Positions 49,759 through 60,361 are shown, numbered from the stretch's first letter. The stretch is DNA of 64,000 nt from a bacterium (GCA_043803945.1 JAZDJN010000064.1:33506-97505); one strand, 5' to 3'. Made by a program: numbers and translations. The notes: generated from the sequence alone by a model not told the origin.

Positions 49759-50358
49759 ATGGACTTAAAGAACTACACCGAAAGAGACCTAACGTACAGC
49801 ATGGTTGAAGCGAACATTTATCCAGTCATGCTTGCAGTACCGATTGTTCTTGTGCTGGGCACGCTCTATCTTCTCGTCTGGAGCGACACAATGAGAGTTC
49901 CTGCTCTTGCCCGTTCAATAGGGGATTCATTCGGCCTGGGGATCATGCTTGCGTTGTTTATCGTTGGCATTATTGTCCATGAGCTACTCCATGGATTTGT
50001 GTGGGCGTTGTTCAGTGCAAATAAATTTAAGAGCATCCGGTTTGGAATTGTCTGGCACGTTTTGACTCCCTACTGCCACTGTGTTGAGCCGATGACCGTC
50101 AGGCATTATCGGCTTGGCGCTGTTGCTCCATGTCTTGTATTAGGAGTTGCACCATCGCTCATGGGAATTGTCTCCGGACATGTGGGAGTATTTCTTTACG
50201 GCGTTCTCTTTACTATTGCCGCCGGCGGTGATCTGTTGATCCTCTGGGCATTGAGAAAAGAACATCCGGAAACACTTGTTCTCGATCACCCCACGCGCTG
50301 CGGCTGCGCAGTCTTTGATCCGATTGATATGTCTCTCGTAAACCAGTCGGAGAAATAA
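49759..50358 (+). CDS. DUF3267 membrane protein (putative zincin, HExxH)
   Basis: VHELLHG, PYCHC, AAGGDL, DHP. Confidence 0.82.
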   Translation: MDLKNYTERDLTYSMVEANIYPVMLAVPIVLVLGTLYLLVWSDTMRVPALARSIGDSFGLGIMLALFIVGIIVHELLHGFVWALFSANKFKSIRFGIVWHVLTPYCHCVEPMTVRHYRLGAVAPCLVLGVAPSLMGIVSGHVGVFLYGVLFTIAAGGDLLILWALRKEHPETLVLDHPTRCGCAVFDPIDMSLVNQSEK

Positions 50359-50404
50359 CCTCATCCATATCACTTCATTCACAACTGAGAAAGGACTTAC
50401 CGCT

Positions 50405-50584
50405 ATGCCAACACCAACATCCGATTTACTGACTGCAGGAGCTATCGCACAAGAGCTCGGCGCACCCCCTGCGAAAGTAAAGAAAGCTATCCAGGAATTA
50501 AAGCTTAAGCCGAAAGCGAAGAAAGGCGCGTGCAGTTATTATTCCAAAGACATTGTACCAAAGATTAAAGCTGCTTTGAAGTAA
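50405..50584 (+). CDS. Small basic HTH-like protein, 59 aa (absent from the ORF track)
   Basis: RBS GAAAGGA; MPTPTSDLLTAGAIAQELGAPPAKVKKAIQELKLKPKAKKGACSYYSKDIVPKIKAALK. Confidence 0.72.
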   Translation: MPTPTSDLLTAGAIAQELGAPPAKVKKAIQELKLKPKAKKGACSYYSKDIVPKIKAALK

Positions 50585-50612
50585 GTATTAGCTGCCAAAC
50601 ACAATAAACAGG

Positions 50613-50807
50613 GTTGAACTCCTACGGAGTTCTCATCCCTTTTTAGGTGAGGATATTATAAACGTGCTACTCCTAACGGGGCCGTGTCATCAAACTATTC
50701 AATTTTCATTTACTTTTGATGACCAGAGAACAATAGTCGACCCCGTAGGGGTCGTACGTTTGTAGCTTCTAAATATAGCAGGACATCCAACTCCGGAGGA
50801 GTTGAAC
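50613..50807. repeat. REP cluster family C (CTCCTACGGAG / CCCCGTAGGGG), cluster 1
   Basis: Four short hairpins in an inverted two-plus-two arrangement. Confidence 0.65.
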
Positions 50808-50876
50808 TCTGCAACTACGTCCAATCAAATCGCTTTCGTGATATTCCGTTAATTTCTTTATCATTCTGAATACCTT

Positions 50877-51653
50877 ATGGATCCCTTCTATCAACCAATC
50901 CGCTTCGATGTTGTCGCCGACCTGTACGATATATATGTTCAGGTCGACTTTGACCTGGCGTTCTTTCTCCAGGAAACTCAGTCTGTCCGTGGAAACGTGC
51001 TTGAACTCGGCTCTGGAACCGGGCGACTTTCAATTCCTCTTCTGCGGGCGGGAGTCAGTCTTACCTGTGTCGATTACTCCCCAAAGATGCTCGATGTCCT
51101 GGAACAAAAATTAAGACAACACAACTTGTCGGCTCGTGTACACAAGATGGATATGGCCGAACTCTCTCTGACTGATCGTTACCAACTCATCTTCATTCCG
51201 TTTCACTCGTTTGCCGAGGTTCTCGAGAGGCCGCGTCAGCAATCAACGATAGAACGTATTTACAATCATCTTACAGAAGGGGGAGAATTCATTTGCACAC
51301 TTCACAATCCGATCATACGTCAAAAGTCTCTTGATGGTGCGCTCAAGCTGCTCAGGGAATATCCCCTCGCATCCGGCGGTTCCCTTATTGTTCGGTACCA
51401 AATGCAGTACGATGCCGCCTCCCGCATTGCCCACGGACATCAATTCTATGAACGCTATGATGCAAAGAAGAACCTTGTTGATGCCAGAACTCTTGATGTC
51501 AATTTCTATCTCTTTTCAAAACAGGATTTTGAAGAGATGGTATACTCGACAGGATTTAAGCTCGCTGCACTCTATGGCAACTACGACCACTCCGGTTTCG
51601 ACGAAACGACCAGCCCTTTTATGATCTGGAAACTTAAACGATCATCTTCATAG
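50877..51653 (+). CDS. Class I SAM-dependent methyltransferase
   Basis: VLELGSGTGR, VDYSPKML, LYGNYD. Confidence 0.9.
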   Translation: MDPFYQPIRFDVVADLYDIYVQVDFDLAFFLQETQSVRGNVLELGSGTGRLSIPLLRAGVSLTCVDYSPKMLDVLEQKLRQHNLSARVHKMDMAELSLTDRYQLIFIPFHSFAEVLERPRQQSTIERIYNHLTEGGEFICTLHNPIIRQKSLDGALKLLREYPLASGGSLIVRYQMQYDAASRIAHGHQFYERYDAKKNLVDARTLDVNFYLFSKQDFEEMVYSTGFKLAALYGNYDHSGFDETTSPFMIWKLKRSSS

Positions 51654-51672
51654 AAGTCTGAGCGAAAAACCC

Positions 51673-51735
51673 AACCACTGCGCCAGAGCGCACCTGTCCG
51701 CCATATTTTTGGCGGATCAGCCTCTGGCTGAAAAG
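51673..51735. repeat. Palindromic repeat family B, copy 2
   Basis: Near-identical to 40471-40533. Confidence 0.75.
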
Positions 51736-51898
51736 GACGCTCTGCTTGGCAGCAGGCCGGTACGTACACAAAAATAATTTCTTCTTTTCTTCCAATCGTC
51801 AATCGCAAATCTTCAATTCTCAATTTCTTCTCATTGCTTTTCCTCCAACCATCTTCTACCTTTCGAACATCGTTTACTACAACTATGAGGGCAAGGCC

Positions 51899-52273
51899 AT
51901 GAATGTTTTGCGAGAAGATCACGAACCGCCGCTTGCAACCGCACAATGGGGCTGGCGCTACCATCACCTTGGAATCCCGACAACAATCCCGGTTCCAGGC
52001 GAGAATTATATTCCTCATCTTAAAATCTACGTCTCAGGTTTTAGCACAAGCCCTTTCGGTATCGAATGGATGCGATTCGACGACGATTGCCCAATCTCCG
52101 AATTGGTCAGGACTGTCCCTCATATCGCATTTGAAGTCGATAATTTGGAAGCCGCCCTTCAACAATCCGACTTTGAGATTATGACGGCAATGACAATTCC
52201 CTCCGAGGGAGTCCGTGTTGCGATGATAAAACATCATGGGGCACCGATTGAACTGATCGAATTTCAAAAATAA
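51899..52273 (+). CDS. VOC/glyoxalase-fold protein
   Basis: YHHLGIPT, PHIAFEVDNL, GAPIELIE. Confidence 0.8.
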   Translation: MNVLREDHEPPLATAQWGWRYHHLGIPTTIPVPGENYIPHLKIYVSGFSTSPFGIEWMRFDDDCPISELVRTVPHIAFEVDNLEAALQQSDFEIMTAMTIPSEGVRVAMIKHHGAPIELIEFQK

Positions 52274-52324
52274 CGATTTCCCAAAAGCATGCCGACTATG
52301 CATTGCATTAGAAGGATTTTATTT

Positions 52325-54676
52325 ATGAAGACATTGTACGGTTTTATCCTGTTACTCATTCTTCCTCTCGCTCTGATTGCCCAATCCAAAACAATGGGGC
52401 CTCTCTGGATTGCACCTGGTCAGGCAGGACAGATAAAAGATCTATCTCCGTGCCCAATATTCCGTTCGTCCTTTTCGCTTAGCGATCGACCAATTGCGGG
52501 GACGGTTCGTGTGATCGGGCTTGGCCACTACGAGTTGACGTTGAACGGGAAACGTGTCGGTGAATCGCTCATCAACCAGCCATGGTCGCAATACAACAAG
52601 ACGATTTACTGGCAGGAGTTCGACCTCCGTCCGCTTCTGAAAAAGGGAGAAAATGTGTTCGGCGTGATGCTCGGAAATTCCTTTTGGAACGTCACCGCAG
52701 CGAACGACCCGATGCGATTCGTAAAGACGGATGCTATGCCGAATTTCTCCGAGGGCAAACCCCATCTGCTCTGGCTCGAAGCACGGATTAAAACGGCTGC
52801 GGGTAAAGAAATTGTTATCACCAGCAACGAGCAATGGAAATGGAACCATGGCCCTCTCACATTCTCACACATCTATGCCGGCGAGGACTTCGATGCACGT
52901 CTTCTTCCTGCAGGTTGGGACATGCCGGGATTTGAAGATAAGGAATGGAATCCGGTCGCCGTCGTTCCCGCACCATCAGCTTCGCTGGTTGCCTACACCG
53001 GACCTTTGATGAAGGCGTTCGAGATATTCAAGCCAACAACAATAAAAAATCCGAAGCCGGGAGAATATACATACGTCTTCTCGCAGAACTGTTCAGCACT
53101 GCTTCGCTTTACTGTTCAGGGAAGATCGGGAAACAAAATCCGCTTCAAGCCTTGCGAGTATATGGATTCAACCGGACATGTGAAGTTCACGTACACCTGG
53201 GGGACAAACAAAGATATCTGGCACGACTATACGCTGCGCGGCGGCGGGCCAGAGTCACATCAGATTCTCTTTTGTTATGAAGGATGTCAGTATGTCGGCG
53301 TTACAGGCGCTGTGCCGGAAGGAGCGCCGAATCCCGACAAGCTGCCCGTGATTAAGAAGCTCGAACTTGTGCATGTCCGCACCGCAAATCCAATTGCCGG
53401 ATCATTTACCTGCTCCAGCGATCTGCAAAATGGTGCATATCGTTTAATCGATTGGTCAATCCGATCGAATATGAGCTATGTCGCTACCGATTGCCCACAT
53501 CGCGAAAAGAATGGCTGGCAGGAAGAAAACTGGCATATGGCGAGAGCGATGAGTTACGCATTTGACATACAGCATTGGTTCAGAAAAATTGCAGGCGATT
53601 TAAGCGACACGCAGCTTCCCGACGGACACATTCCAACAAACTGTCCAAATTACCTGGTGGGCATCCCTCCTCACGGTTATTGGAATGAAGCACCTGAATG
53701 GGGAATTTCCGGTGTCCTTGTGCCATGGCATCTCTATGAGTGGTACGGCGATAAGGAAGCACTGAAAAAAAATTTTGTCAGTATGCAAAAGTATGTGGAC
53801 TACCTCTCATCACAGGCAAAGGATGGAATTATTACAAGCAATCTTGGTGATTGGTACGATTATGGGCATGGAAAGGGAGACGGCCCTTCGCAATGGACAC
53901 CAAACGAGTTGAGTGCAACCGCGATTTGGGCTCTGGGTGCAAAAACCGTAGCGGACGCGGCGAACGTTCTCGGCAAGTCTGCGGAAGCTGCAACGTACGA
54001 TCAACTTTTCAAGAAGATTAAAGCAGATTTTCAGCGGCACTTCTATGATCCGGCAACGAAAACATTGAAGAACAAAGGTTCGTGCCAGGCGGGACACAGT
54101 GCTGCACTATGTATTGGACTTGTTCCCGAAGAAGACCGGCCCGCGGTGCTGCAGGCGATTGCGAATGATCTTGAACAACGGAACTGGCAGCAAACGGTGG
54201 GCGAGGTGCTGCAGGTCTTCTTTATTAGGGCTCTTGCAGAAGGCGGACGGAACGATGCGCTCCACCGCGTCTACAGCCGTGAAAACCGCGGAAGCTACGG
54301 CTACATGGTGAAGCAGGGATTTACAACGCTGCCTGAAAGCTGGGATGCGCGGCCCGGCACAGGAAACAGTATGAATCATTTCATGTTAGGCCATTTAATG
54401 GAGTGGCAGTACGCGTACATTGCCGGCATTCGTCAACAATCCGGAAATGTTGGATGGAAGAAAGTGCTGATTGCACCGAATCCCGGTGAACTTGAGAGTG
54501 CCTCCGCTAAATTTAAAAGCCCTTCCGGGACAATTTCAGTTCAATGGAAACAAACGAAGAGCACATTCACCATGGATGTTACCATACCGAAGGGAGTGCA
54601 GGCAGAAGCGCTGCTTCCGAACGGTGAGCGTTACCGTTTGAAAGAAGGGACTATGCAGTTGACTTCGAAAAAGTAA
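52325..54676 (+). CDS. GH78 alpha-L-rhamnosidase
   Basis: GLGHYEL.LNG.RVG, YAGEDFDAR, TDCPHREKNGW, LGDWY, TTLPESW, SMNHFM. Confidence 0.92.
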   Translation: MKTLYGFILLLILPLALIAQSKTMGPLWIAPGQAGQIKDLSPCPIFRSSFSLSDRPIAGTVRVIGLGHYELTLNGKRVGESLINQPWSQYNKTIYWQEFDLRPLLKKGENVFGVMLGNSFWNVTAANDPMRFVKTDAMPNFSEGKPHLLWLEARIKTAAGKEIVITSNEQWKWNHGPLTFSHIYAGEDFDARLLPAGWDMPGFEDKEWNPVAVVPAPSASLVAYTGPLMKAFEIFKPTTIKNPKPGEYTYVFSQNCSALLRFTVQGRSGNKIRFKPCEYMDSTGHVKFTYTWGTNKDIWHDYTLRGGGPESHQILFCYEGCQYVGVTGAVPEGAPNPDKLPVIKKLELVHVRTANPIAGSFTCSSDLQNGAYRLIDWSIRSNMSYVATDCPHREKNGWQEENWHMARAMSYAFDIQHWFRKIAGDLSDTQLPDGHIPTNCPNYLVGIPPHGYWNEAPEWGISGVLVPWHLYEWYGDKEALKKNFVSMQKYVDYLSSQAKDGIITSNLGDWYDYGHGKGDGPSQWTPNELSATAIWALGAKTVADAANVLGKSAEAATYDQLFKKIKADFQRHFYDPATKTLKNKGSCQAGHSAALCIGLVPEEDRPAVLQAIANDLEQRNWQQTVGEVLQVFFIRALAEGGRNDALHRVYSRENRGSYGYMVKQGFTTLPESWDARPGTGNSMNHFMLGHLMEWQYAYIAGIRQQSGNVGWKKVLIAPNPGELESASAKFKSPSGTISVQWKQTKSTFTMDVTIPKGVQAEALLPNGERYRLKEGTMQLTSKK

Positions 54677-54685
54677 TTTGATGTT

Positions 54686-54734
54686 AGAAGTCTGTCTTTT
54701 GACTGTGTAAGTCATTGGAAAAAGACGGACTTCT
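54686..54734. repeat. Palindromic repeat family A, copy 2
   Basis: AGAAGTCTGTCTTTT...AAAAGACGGACTTCT about 10 bp after the GH78 stop. Confidence 0.75.
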
Positions 54735-54812
54735 GTTTCTAGTTTTGGATTTTATTGAATCCTTCCCTACATTTTCTGAGATTCACTATAGTACCAACAT
54801 AAAGGAGAACTT

Positions 54813-55556
54813 ATGCAAAAAACACTATCTCTCTTGGCCATTTTGCTGTTTGTGCTTGTATCTCCCGCAATCCTCAACGCACAGGTGACAATTCAAGTCG
54901 GTGCAGGCGCTGGTATTGGCATGCCTGCCGGTGATTATAAGGGTGCAACCACAGAATACTATGCCGGAAATAATTATGGCATGGGCAACGGAATAAATTT
55001 CCATGCAAAAGCACGCCTGGGATTGATCGGATTCAGACTTACGGGCGAGGTCGATTACACCAGCTACAGCAACAGCGGCGATGCGGAGGCTGGCAAAGGA
55101 ACACTTGATGTGAAGCATAAAATTTTGGCCTTCCGAGTTGGACCGGAGTTTCATTTAAGTCTGCCCCTTGTGCCGGTAACGCCGTATCTTGGCGCAAATG
55201 TTGCCCTGAATACGTTCAGCGGCGAGACATCGTTTCAGGGTGTTGCGCGGGTACCAAGCCAGACCTTCACCATGGAATCTGCATCGCGCATCGGCGTTGG
55301 ATTTTCCGGAGGTGTGATCTTGAAAGCCGGCCTCTTCATGACACTCGACCTGAATGCGTCGTATCACTTGATGAACATCAGCGGCAAAGAGTGGAAGGAT
55401 ATTAATCCAATTACCGATCAACGGCTCGATACCTACCTGGCGTTGAATGATGAACAAGACCCGCAATATAAGTCAGGTGATGTAAATCATGTTATCGGGA
55501 ATGCTCGTTCGATCAACGCCATGCAATTCCGTGCGACATTGATGTTTGGATTATAG
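54813..55556 (+). CDS. Outer-membrane beta-barrel protein
   Basis: RBS AAGGAG, signal peptide, amphipathic strands, PYLG, C-terminal ATLMFGL. Confidence 0.75.
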   Translation: MQKTLSLLAILLFVLVSPAILNAQVTIQVGAGAGIGMPAGDYKGATTEYYAGNNYGMGNGINFHAKARLGLIGFRLTGEVDYTSYSNSGDAEAGKGTLDVKHKILAFRVGPEFHLSLPLVPVTPYLGANVALNTFSGETSFQGVARVPSQTFTMESASRIGVGFSGGVILKAGLFMTLDLNASYHLMNISGKEWKDINPITDQRLDTYLALNDEQDPQYKSGDVNHVIGNARSINAMQFRATLMFGL

Positions 55557-55774
55557 CTTTCTTCCACGTTTCTATCACGGCAGAGCCGTGACAGCAGGGT
55601 GAAATATTTTTTATTGTGTTCCCCGAATGCTTCTATCGGGGATCTGAAAAATAGATCCTTCAATGCAATGCAATTGGCCGATAACAGGCTGGCTGCGTTA
55701 GCAAGGTGATTACTGAATTATATGGTGATACTACGATCGAGAACGTCCATCATAAAATGAAAGAGATAGCTTTA

Positions 55775-56863
55775 ATGAGCCGAATAATCACTTTTGTGCT
55801 ATTTTTGTTCCTCCCAATTTTTCTTTTCGCACAGAAGTCGATGCTCATGCCTCCCTACTTGCAGGCAGTTACCACGACCAGTGTTTATGCCCTCATTGAA
55901 AGCTCAACAATAGATACTGTCTCTGTTGAGTACGGTAAAACGGGCCAGTATGGTCAGCTTGCACGAACCGAATCAATTGAGCAAACGGTAAACAAGACCT
56001 ACGTGCACAACGTGAAACTCACAGGGCTTTCTCCAAACACCGAATACCGTTATCGTGCACGTCAGAATAAAGATACTTCGCTCCCTGCATCATTCCGGTC
56101 AGCAGTTCTTCCCGGCATGAATTTCCGTTTTGCCTTTTTTGCCGACTGCCGAACCAACACCGACATTCACGATCTTATTGCGGCGCGCATTTCTCTTCAT
56201 CAGCCGGTCGTGTCTCTCTACGGCGGAGATCTTTGCTTTAAATCGACGTATGAATCGTACAAGGAACAATTCTTCCGGCCAAATCAGCAAGCACTGATTG
56301 CGCAGGTCCCGTTCTTTAATGCTGTCGGGAATCATGAGGGTTGGAAAGAAAACACGAAGGCTTTCACACAGGCACCGCAATCCAACTCCGGTACACAGGA
56401 TTACTACTCCTTCGACTATGGCGACATGCACGTCCTTGTGCTGAATACCGAGATTGCCTATGACTCAGAAAGCCCTCAATATACATTCGCACAACAGGAC
56501 CTCTCCTCAACAACAAAACCATGGAAGGTTGTCGTCGCACACAAGCCTGCCTATTGCAAGGGAGGGCATGGTGAAGAGAAGAAAATGATCGAGATGACGA
56601 CAAAGGTCTTCGAACCGAATAAGGTTAACCTGTACCTTGGCGGACATTCTCACTTCTACCAGCACAACTTTGTGAATGGCATTCATCATCTGGTAATCGG
56701 CTCCGCCGGCGCTCCATTGTATACACCGGTCAATACCTCGTATACTCTCGCCTCAGCGAAGTCGTACTGTTACAGCATTGCCGATGTCTCTCCGAAAGAG
56801 TTTAATCTTCTCATTTATAATGAGAAGGGGGAACAACTGGACCGGGTGTATTTGAAGAAGTAG
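55775..56863 (+). CDS. Purple-acid-phosphatase-type metallophosphoesterase with FN3-like N-domain
   Basis: PYLQ, HNVKLTGLSPNTEY, GGDL, VGNHE, YYSFDYG, GGHSHFY; start codon uncertain (55757 or 55775). Confidence 0.88.
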   Translation: MSRIITFVLFLFLPIFLFAQKSMLMPPYLQAVTTTSVYALIESSTIDTVSVEYGKTGQYGQLARTESIEQTVNKTYVHNVKLTGLSPNTEYRYRARQNKDTSLPASFRSAVLPGMNFRFAFFADCRTNTDIHDLIAARISLHQPVVSLYGGDLCFKSTYESYKEQFFRPNQQALIAQVPFFNAVGNHEGWKENTKAFTQAPQSNSGTQDYYSFDYGDMHVLVLNTEIAYDSESPQYTFAQQDLSSTTKPWKVVVAHKPAYCKGGHGEEKKMIEMTTKVFEPNKVNLYLGGHSHFYQHNFVNGIHHLVIGSAGAPLYTPVNTSYTLASAKSYCYSIADVSPKEFNLLIYNEKGEQLDRVYLKK

Positions 56864-56898
56864 GTTTCCCGCGTGGGGTAATGGTTGTTCCCGAAAAG

Positions 56899-57060
56899 GT
56901 TCAACTCCTACGGAGCGGGATTAATTTCTCTTTTATTATTACATACGTACGACCCCTACTGGATTGACAGTAGTTCTTGATTCTTTTATAGCTCCGTAGG
57001 AGCTACATGTTTGTAACTCTCCTCTTAGAACAATATTTGAACTCCGTTAGGAGTTCGACC
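56899..57060. repeat. REP cluster family C, cluster 2
   Basis: TCAACTCCTACGGAG...GACCCCTAC...AGCTCCGTAGGAGCT...GAACTCCGTTAGGAGTTC. Confidence 0.65.
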
Positions 57061-57080
57061 TTTTTCGGTTGTCAGCAGAT

Positions 57081-57274
57081 TTGTCCGCCGTCTTTCGCGC
57101 TTTTTGCGTCCGCCATTTTTTGGGCGGATTGGCGGAGCTCCTCGCCAGAGGCGAGTCTATCGACCTCCCAACGTTTGCGTTCATTCAGACCTTCCGAAGG
57201 TTATACGGAGGTCTCATAGAGCCTTCGGAAGGCTCAAGCATTTAGACCTAACAGTTCGCTAAAGACAGGGTCTT
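57081..57274. repeat. 194-bp composite palindromic element preceding ECF cassette 1
   Basis: Direct repeat of 60387-60580 (about 15 mismatches by manual alignment); nested TCCGCC/GGCGGA stems, CTCGCC-AGA-GGCGAG, ACCTTCCGAAGGT pair. Confidence 0.9.
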
Positions 57275-57333
57275 AGTGAAGCGAACGGCTAGATACCTAT
57301 GCTAATCTAACATTAATTTTTGCTCCCACCACA

Positions 57334-57359
57334 GCAACTTTTTGCTTCTTCGATTGTCT
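57334..57359 (+). promoter_or_regulatory. Putative autoregulatory ECF promoter, cassette 1
   Basis: GCAACT-ttttgcttcttcgat-TGTCT; AACTTTTTGCTTCTT is shared with 60667-60681. Confidence 0.5.
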
Positions 57360-57402
57360 TCATGCAAATTTGATGGCGCAGTCCAGAACCGGAAGGATGC
57401 TC

Positions 57403-57936
57403 ATGGACTCTCTATCCGATGCACAGCTTGCCGAAGAGTTGAAGCTTGCCAGTTCCGAAGCATTCCAGGAGCTCTACGGGCGGTATAAACAGCAGATCTT
57501 TTACTTCTGTCTGAAATTGACGAACAATCAGGCACAGGCAGAAGATGCCGCACACGACACGTTTTTGAAAATGTTCGGCAATATCAACACGCTGACAAAC
57601 ACCGATTCATTTAAACCATGGCTGTATACGATCGCACGGAATCAGGTCTATAATCTTTTCGCCAGGAAACAGACGGATGGATTAAACGGCAAGGCAGAGC
57701 CCTGGGATCCGGAAACGCCGCTTCATCTTTTGGAGGAGCAGGAACAAACAGAGGCGATTGCATTATGCCTCAACGCTCTCAAGCCGGAATATAAAGAGGT
57801 CCTTTTCTTGCAGGCGTATGAAGGATTGTCCTACACAGAAATCGCTGTTGCAACAGGAGCAACGGAGAGTTCAGTAAAATCTCGATTATTCAAGGCGCGG
57901 AAAGCGCTTGCCGAGAAGTTGAAACACTATTTTTAA
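57403..57936 (+). CDS. ECF RNA polymerase sigma factor (cassette 1)
   Basis: AFQELYGRY, AEDAAHDTF, FKPWLYTIARN, LSYTEIA, VKSRLFKAR. Confidence 0.95.
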   Translation: MDSLSDAQLAEELKLASSEAFQELYGRYKQQIFYFCLKLTNNQAQAEDAAHDTFLKMFGNINTLTNTDSFKPWLYTIARNQVYNLFARKQTDGLNGKAEPWDPETPLHLLEEQEQTEAIALCLNALKPEYKEVLFLQAYEGLSYTEIAVATGATESSVKSRLFKARKALAEKLKHYF

Positions 57937-57962
57937 CCGGAATGCTTTCGACGGAGGAATCT

Positions 57963-58403
57963 ATGAATCACGAACAGGTTCAACAATTGATCAGCGGGTA
58001 CATTGATAACGCGCTGAGCGACCGGGAATCGGCGGCATTATTCACACACCTCGGCCAGTGTGCTGATTGCCGAAGGGTGCTGCGTACAGCGGGTGCTGTT
58101 CGGTCATACCTTGCCGATGTTGATCTTGGTACCGTGCCGACTTCTCTCGATCGTCGTGTCTTCAGTAGTTTCCAGGCAGCACGCGCAGTAAGACCGCAAA
58201 CAATTAATGCCAATCTCTTCTGGTTCAAAAATATATTGATGCCTGTACCGGTTGCAGCATCAATTGCAGTACTTCTAATTGTGGGCAGCCTGCTGCTCTC
58301 ACCCGCGATTTTCTCCGGTGAACGACGCGAAGAGACAACGAATACCGAACAGGCAGAACAACCCGAAGTACCCTACTGGCAACAAACCATTCCATTACGC
58401 TAA
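57963..58403 (+). CDS. zf-HC2 zinc-binding anti-sigma factor, single TM (cassette 1)
   Basis: LISGYIDNAL...HLGQCADCR, one TM, short tail. Confidence 0.88.
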   Translation: MNHEQVQQLISGYIDNALSDRESAALFTHLGQCADCRRVLRTAGAVRSYLADVDLGTVPTSLDRRVFSSFQAARAVRPQTINANLFWFKNILMPVPVAASIAVLLIVGSLLLSPAIFSGERREETTNTEQAEQPEVPYWQQTIPLR

Positions 58404-58413
58404 GAGGTCCTCT

Positions 58414-59091
58414 ATGCAACAGGAACCTTCAACAATCAAACTAACTCTGGATCTTTCCATTACGATTATCTGGCTGACAATTGGAGTGGCCCTGTGCTCG
58501 CTTGGGTTTATTCTTCCCGAAAATTCAAGCGAGATCTGGCCTGCACTTGATGCGGCGGGTATCGCGGCAATAGCGTTTCTCCTGGTGCTTCTCGTGTACG
58601 TACTGCGAAAGCCAATTTCACCAAAGCTTCGTTTTATTATGATTCTAGGATTTTTTCTTTTCGCAGGTTCAGTTTCATATGTCTGGATGAGCACCAAACA
58701 GCGAATACTTGCAGGTCAACATTTTGTGGCTCAAACAAGAAGACCAATAGCAGAAGGTTACAGTTATTACAAGGCTTCTGAATATCTTCTTAGACCTCTA
58801 AAAGAATACCACCAACAGCGATCTCAGAAAAAGAAAAGTCTTGGTTCAATATTTCAAGAGATCTACCCAAACACATACGCCGGCTCCCATCTCTATCAAC
58901 CAGGAAATTATGATCCAATGGCGGAGGTTATCATTCACTCCGTTACTCCCGACACCATTGTTTTACAATCACGGGTTATCAACCCGTATGCACATAGAGC
59001 AAGGCCATTTGTAATAAGTAATTCACCCAATCTCATAAAAATCCAATTTACGCTTACAGCGAAAGGGATTTCCTATGTCTCCGAGCTCTGA
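58414..59091 (+). CDS. Hypothetical 3-TM protein with exported C-terminal domain (cassette 1 gene C)
   Basis: Homologous to 61781..62422 (LP..S.E.WP.L..AG, RKP, YHQQRS.KK, FTLT.KG). Confidence 0.8.
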   Translation: MQQEPSTIKLTLDLSITIIWLTIGVALCSLGFILPENSSEIWPALDAAGIAAIAFLLVLLVYVLRKPISPKLRFIMILGFFLFAGSVSYVWMSTKQRILAGQHFVAQTRRPIAEGYSYYKASEYLLRPLKEYHQQRSQKKKSLGSIFQEIYPNTYAGSHLYQPGNYDPMAEVIIHSVTPDTIVLQSRVINPYAHRARPFVISNSPNLIKIQFTLTAKGISYVSEL

Positions 59092-59878
59092 AGAAGTGCC
59101 TCGAACTGAAACGGGAAAGGAAGAATGCTTTCTGCATCCTTTGGTTCCCCGCCTATTGCTTATCACTCTGATTGTATTCGCTGCCATTTTTAACTTTACC
59201 GCTGGAAAAGGCCGGTACAATTATAATTTCCGGGACTATTTTGATTTCTTCAAAGGAGCGGAAAACAGTGTTTTCTTTCCCTGGGCACTTGCAGCGAAAA
59301 CAACGTCCAATAACACTCAAAAACTGTGGCGTGGAGTAACACCGGACATTCCTCGACCGAGTGATCGTGTAAATATGTTTGTCGGAGTTCTTATTTCCAC
59401 TGTACTCTGTCCAGCGATATTCCTTCTCGGATGGAGATCCCGTAGATTGAATAGAACGTCGGGCCAGCTATATAACTCCCTTTCGATCGCTTCAATCTTT
59501 TATGGATTTTCTTGTGCTCTCTTGATTTTATACTCCATCGTTGTTCCTATTATGGGTATTCATAATGAGTTGGGCTTGGAATCCGATCGTTCTGCCTATG
59601 AATATTTTACGAACAGAACCGAGCTCACTAAAGATGTTTATCGCATTGCCCTTGATGCAAATCAATACCGTGTTCTTCCTGCAGAGCTTGGCGGCGGTAA
59701 TGGAAGCTTTAAAGGGTACCGGTTGCCGGAACACTTTACTGACCTAAGTTACGCTACTTATACTCTCATGGTCGAACAGAATTTTATTTTTATCAAAGCA
59801 ACATCTCGTTCCAATCCTCTCTCTTTTATCGAGGCATCTCTGAATGAGCAGGGGAAGATTGTACCATCGTTTTTCTAA
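59075..59878 (+). CDS. Hypothetical multi-TM protein with pilin-like C-terminal domain (cassette 1 gene D)
   Basis: Homologous to 62406..63191 (FF.PW.LA, PSD, WR.RR.N, NR......QYR.LP..LGGG.GS..GY). Confidence 0.8.
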   Translation: MSPSSEEVPRTETGKEECFLHPLVPRLLLITLIVFAAIFNFTAGKGRYNYNFRDYFDFFKGAENSVFFPWALAAKTTSNNTQKLWRGVTPDIPRPSDRVNMFVGVLISTVLCPAIFLLGWRSRRLNRTSGQLYNSLSIASIFYGFSCALLILYSIVVPIMGIHNELGLESDRSAYEYFTNRTELTKDVYRIALDANQYRVLPAELGGGNGSFKGYRLPEHFTDLSYATYTLMVEQNFIFIKATSRSNPLSFIEASLNEQGKIVPSFF

Positions 59879-59923
59879 GAAGATACTCATCAAACAGGGG
59901 CACAACATTTCGAGGACAAGAAG

Positions 59924-60361
59924 ATGAATCAGTCACAGCTATACACTTCTTTACTGCATTTTAACTGGCGGTGGATCATTGTTATCTATTGCCTTCTCAT
60001 TCTTTTTCCTCTCACACTTACCTGTTTTTCATTCGGGTTTCCGTACGACAAATTAGAATATCGCTTATATACTGTTTGGCTCACATTCAGTGTTTGTACT
60101 GTGTGTCTCTATACCGGCTACCATTCGAGCTATGGCGCTATTCTAGAAGCCGGGGTGGCGGGACTTTTATTCACAGCGACTTTGCTTCTCTCTTTCAAAA
60201 CACCCTGGGAATCGGATGCAAGCTATCTCTCTTTACGGGTCCGTGTTTCAATGTTCCTTCTTATCTATTTCAGCGGGATTCTCGGTGCGCTGATAGGCAG
60301 ACTTTGGAAGATGAAAATGGAGAAGAGGGCACTTCAAGCTGCAGGTAAATTCTCTTCCTAA
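59924..60361 (+). CDS. Hypothetical 4-TM protein (cassette 1 gene E)
   Basis: Four hydrophobic segments; RWII.IY...ILF and G.LIG..W similar to 63231..63728. Confidence 0.75.
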   Translation: MNQSQLYTSLLHFNWRWIIVIYCLLILFPLTLTCFSFGFPYDKLEYRLYTVWLTFSVCTVCLYTGYHSSYGAILEAGVAGLLFTATLLLSFKTPWESDASYLSLRVRVSMFLLIYFSGILGALIGRLWKMKMEKRALQAAGKFSS

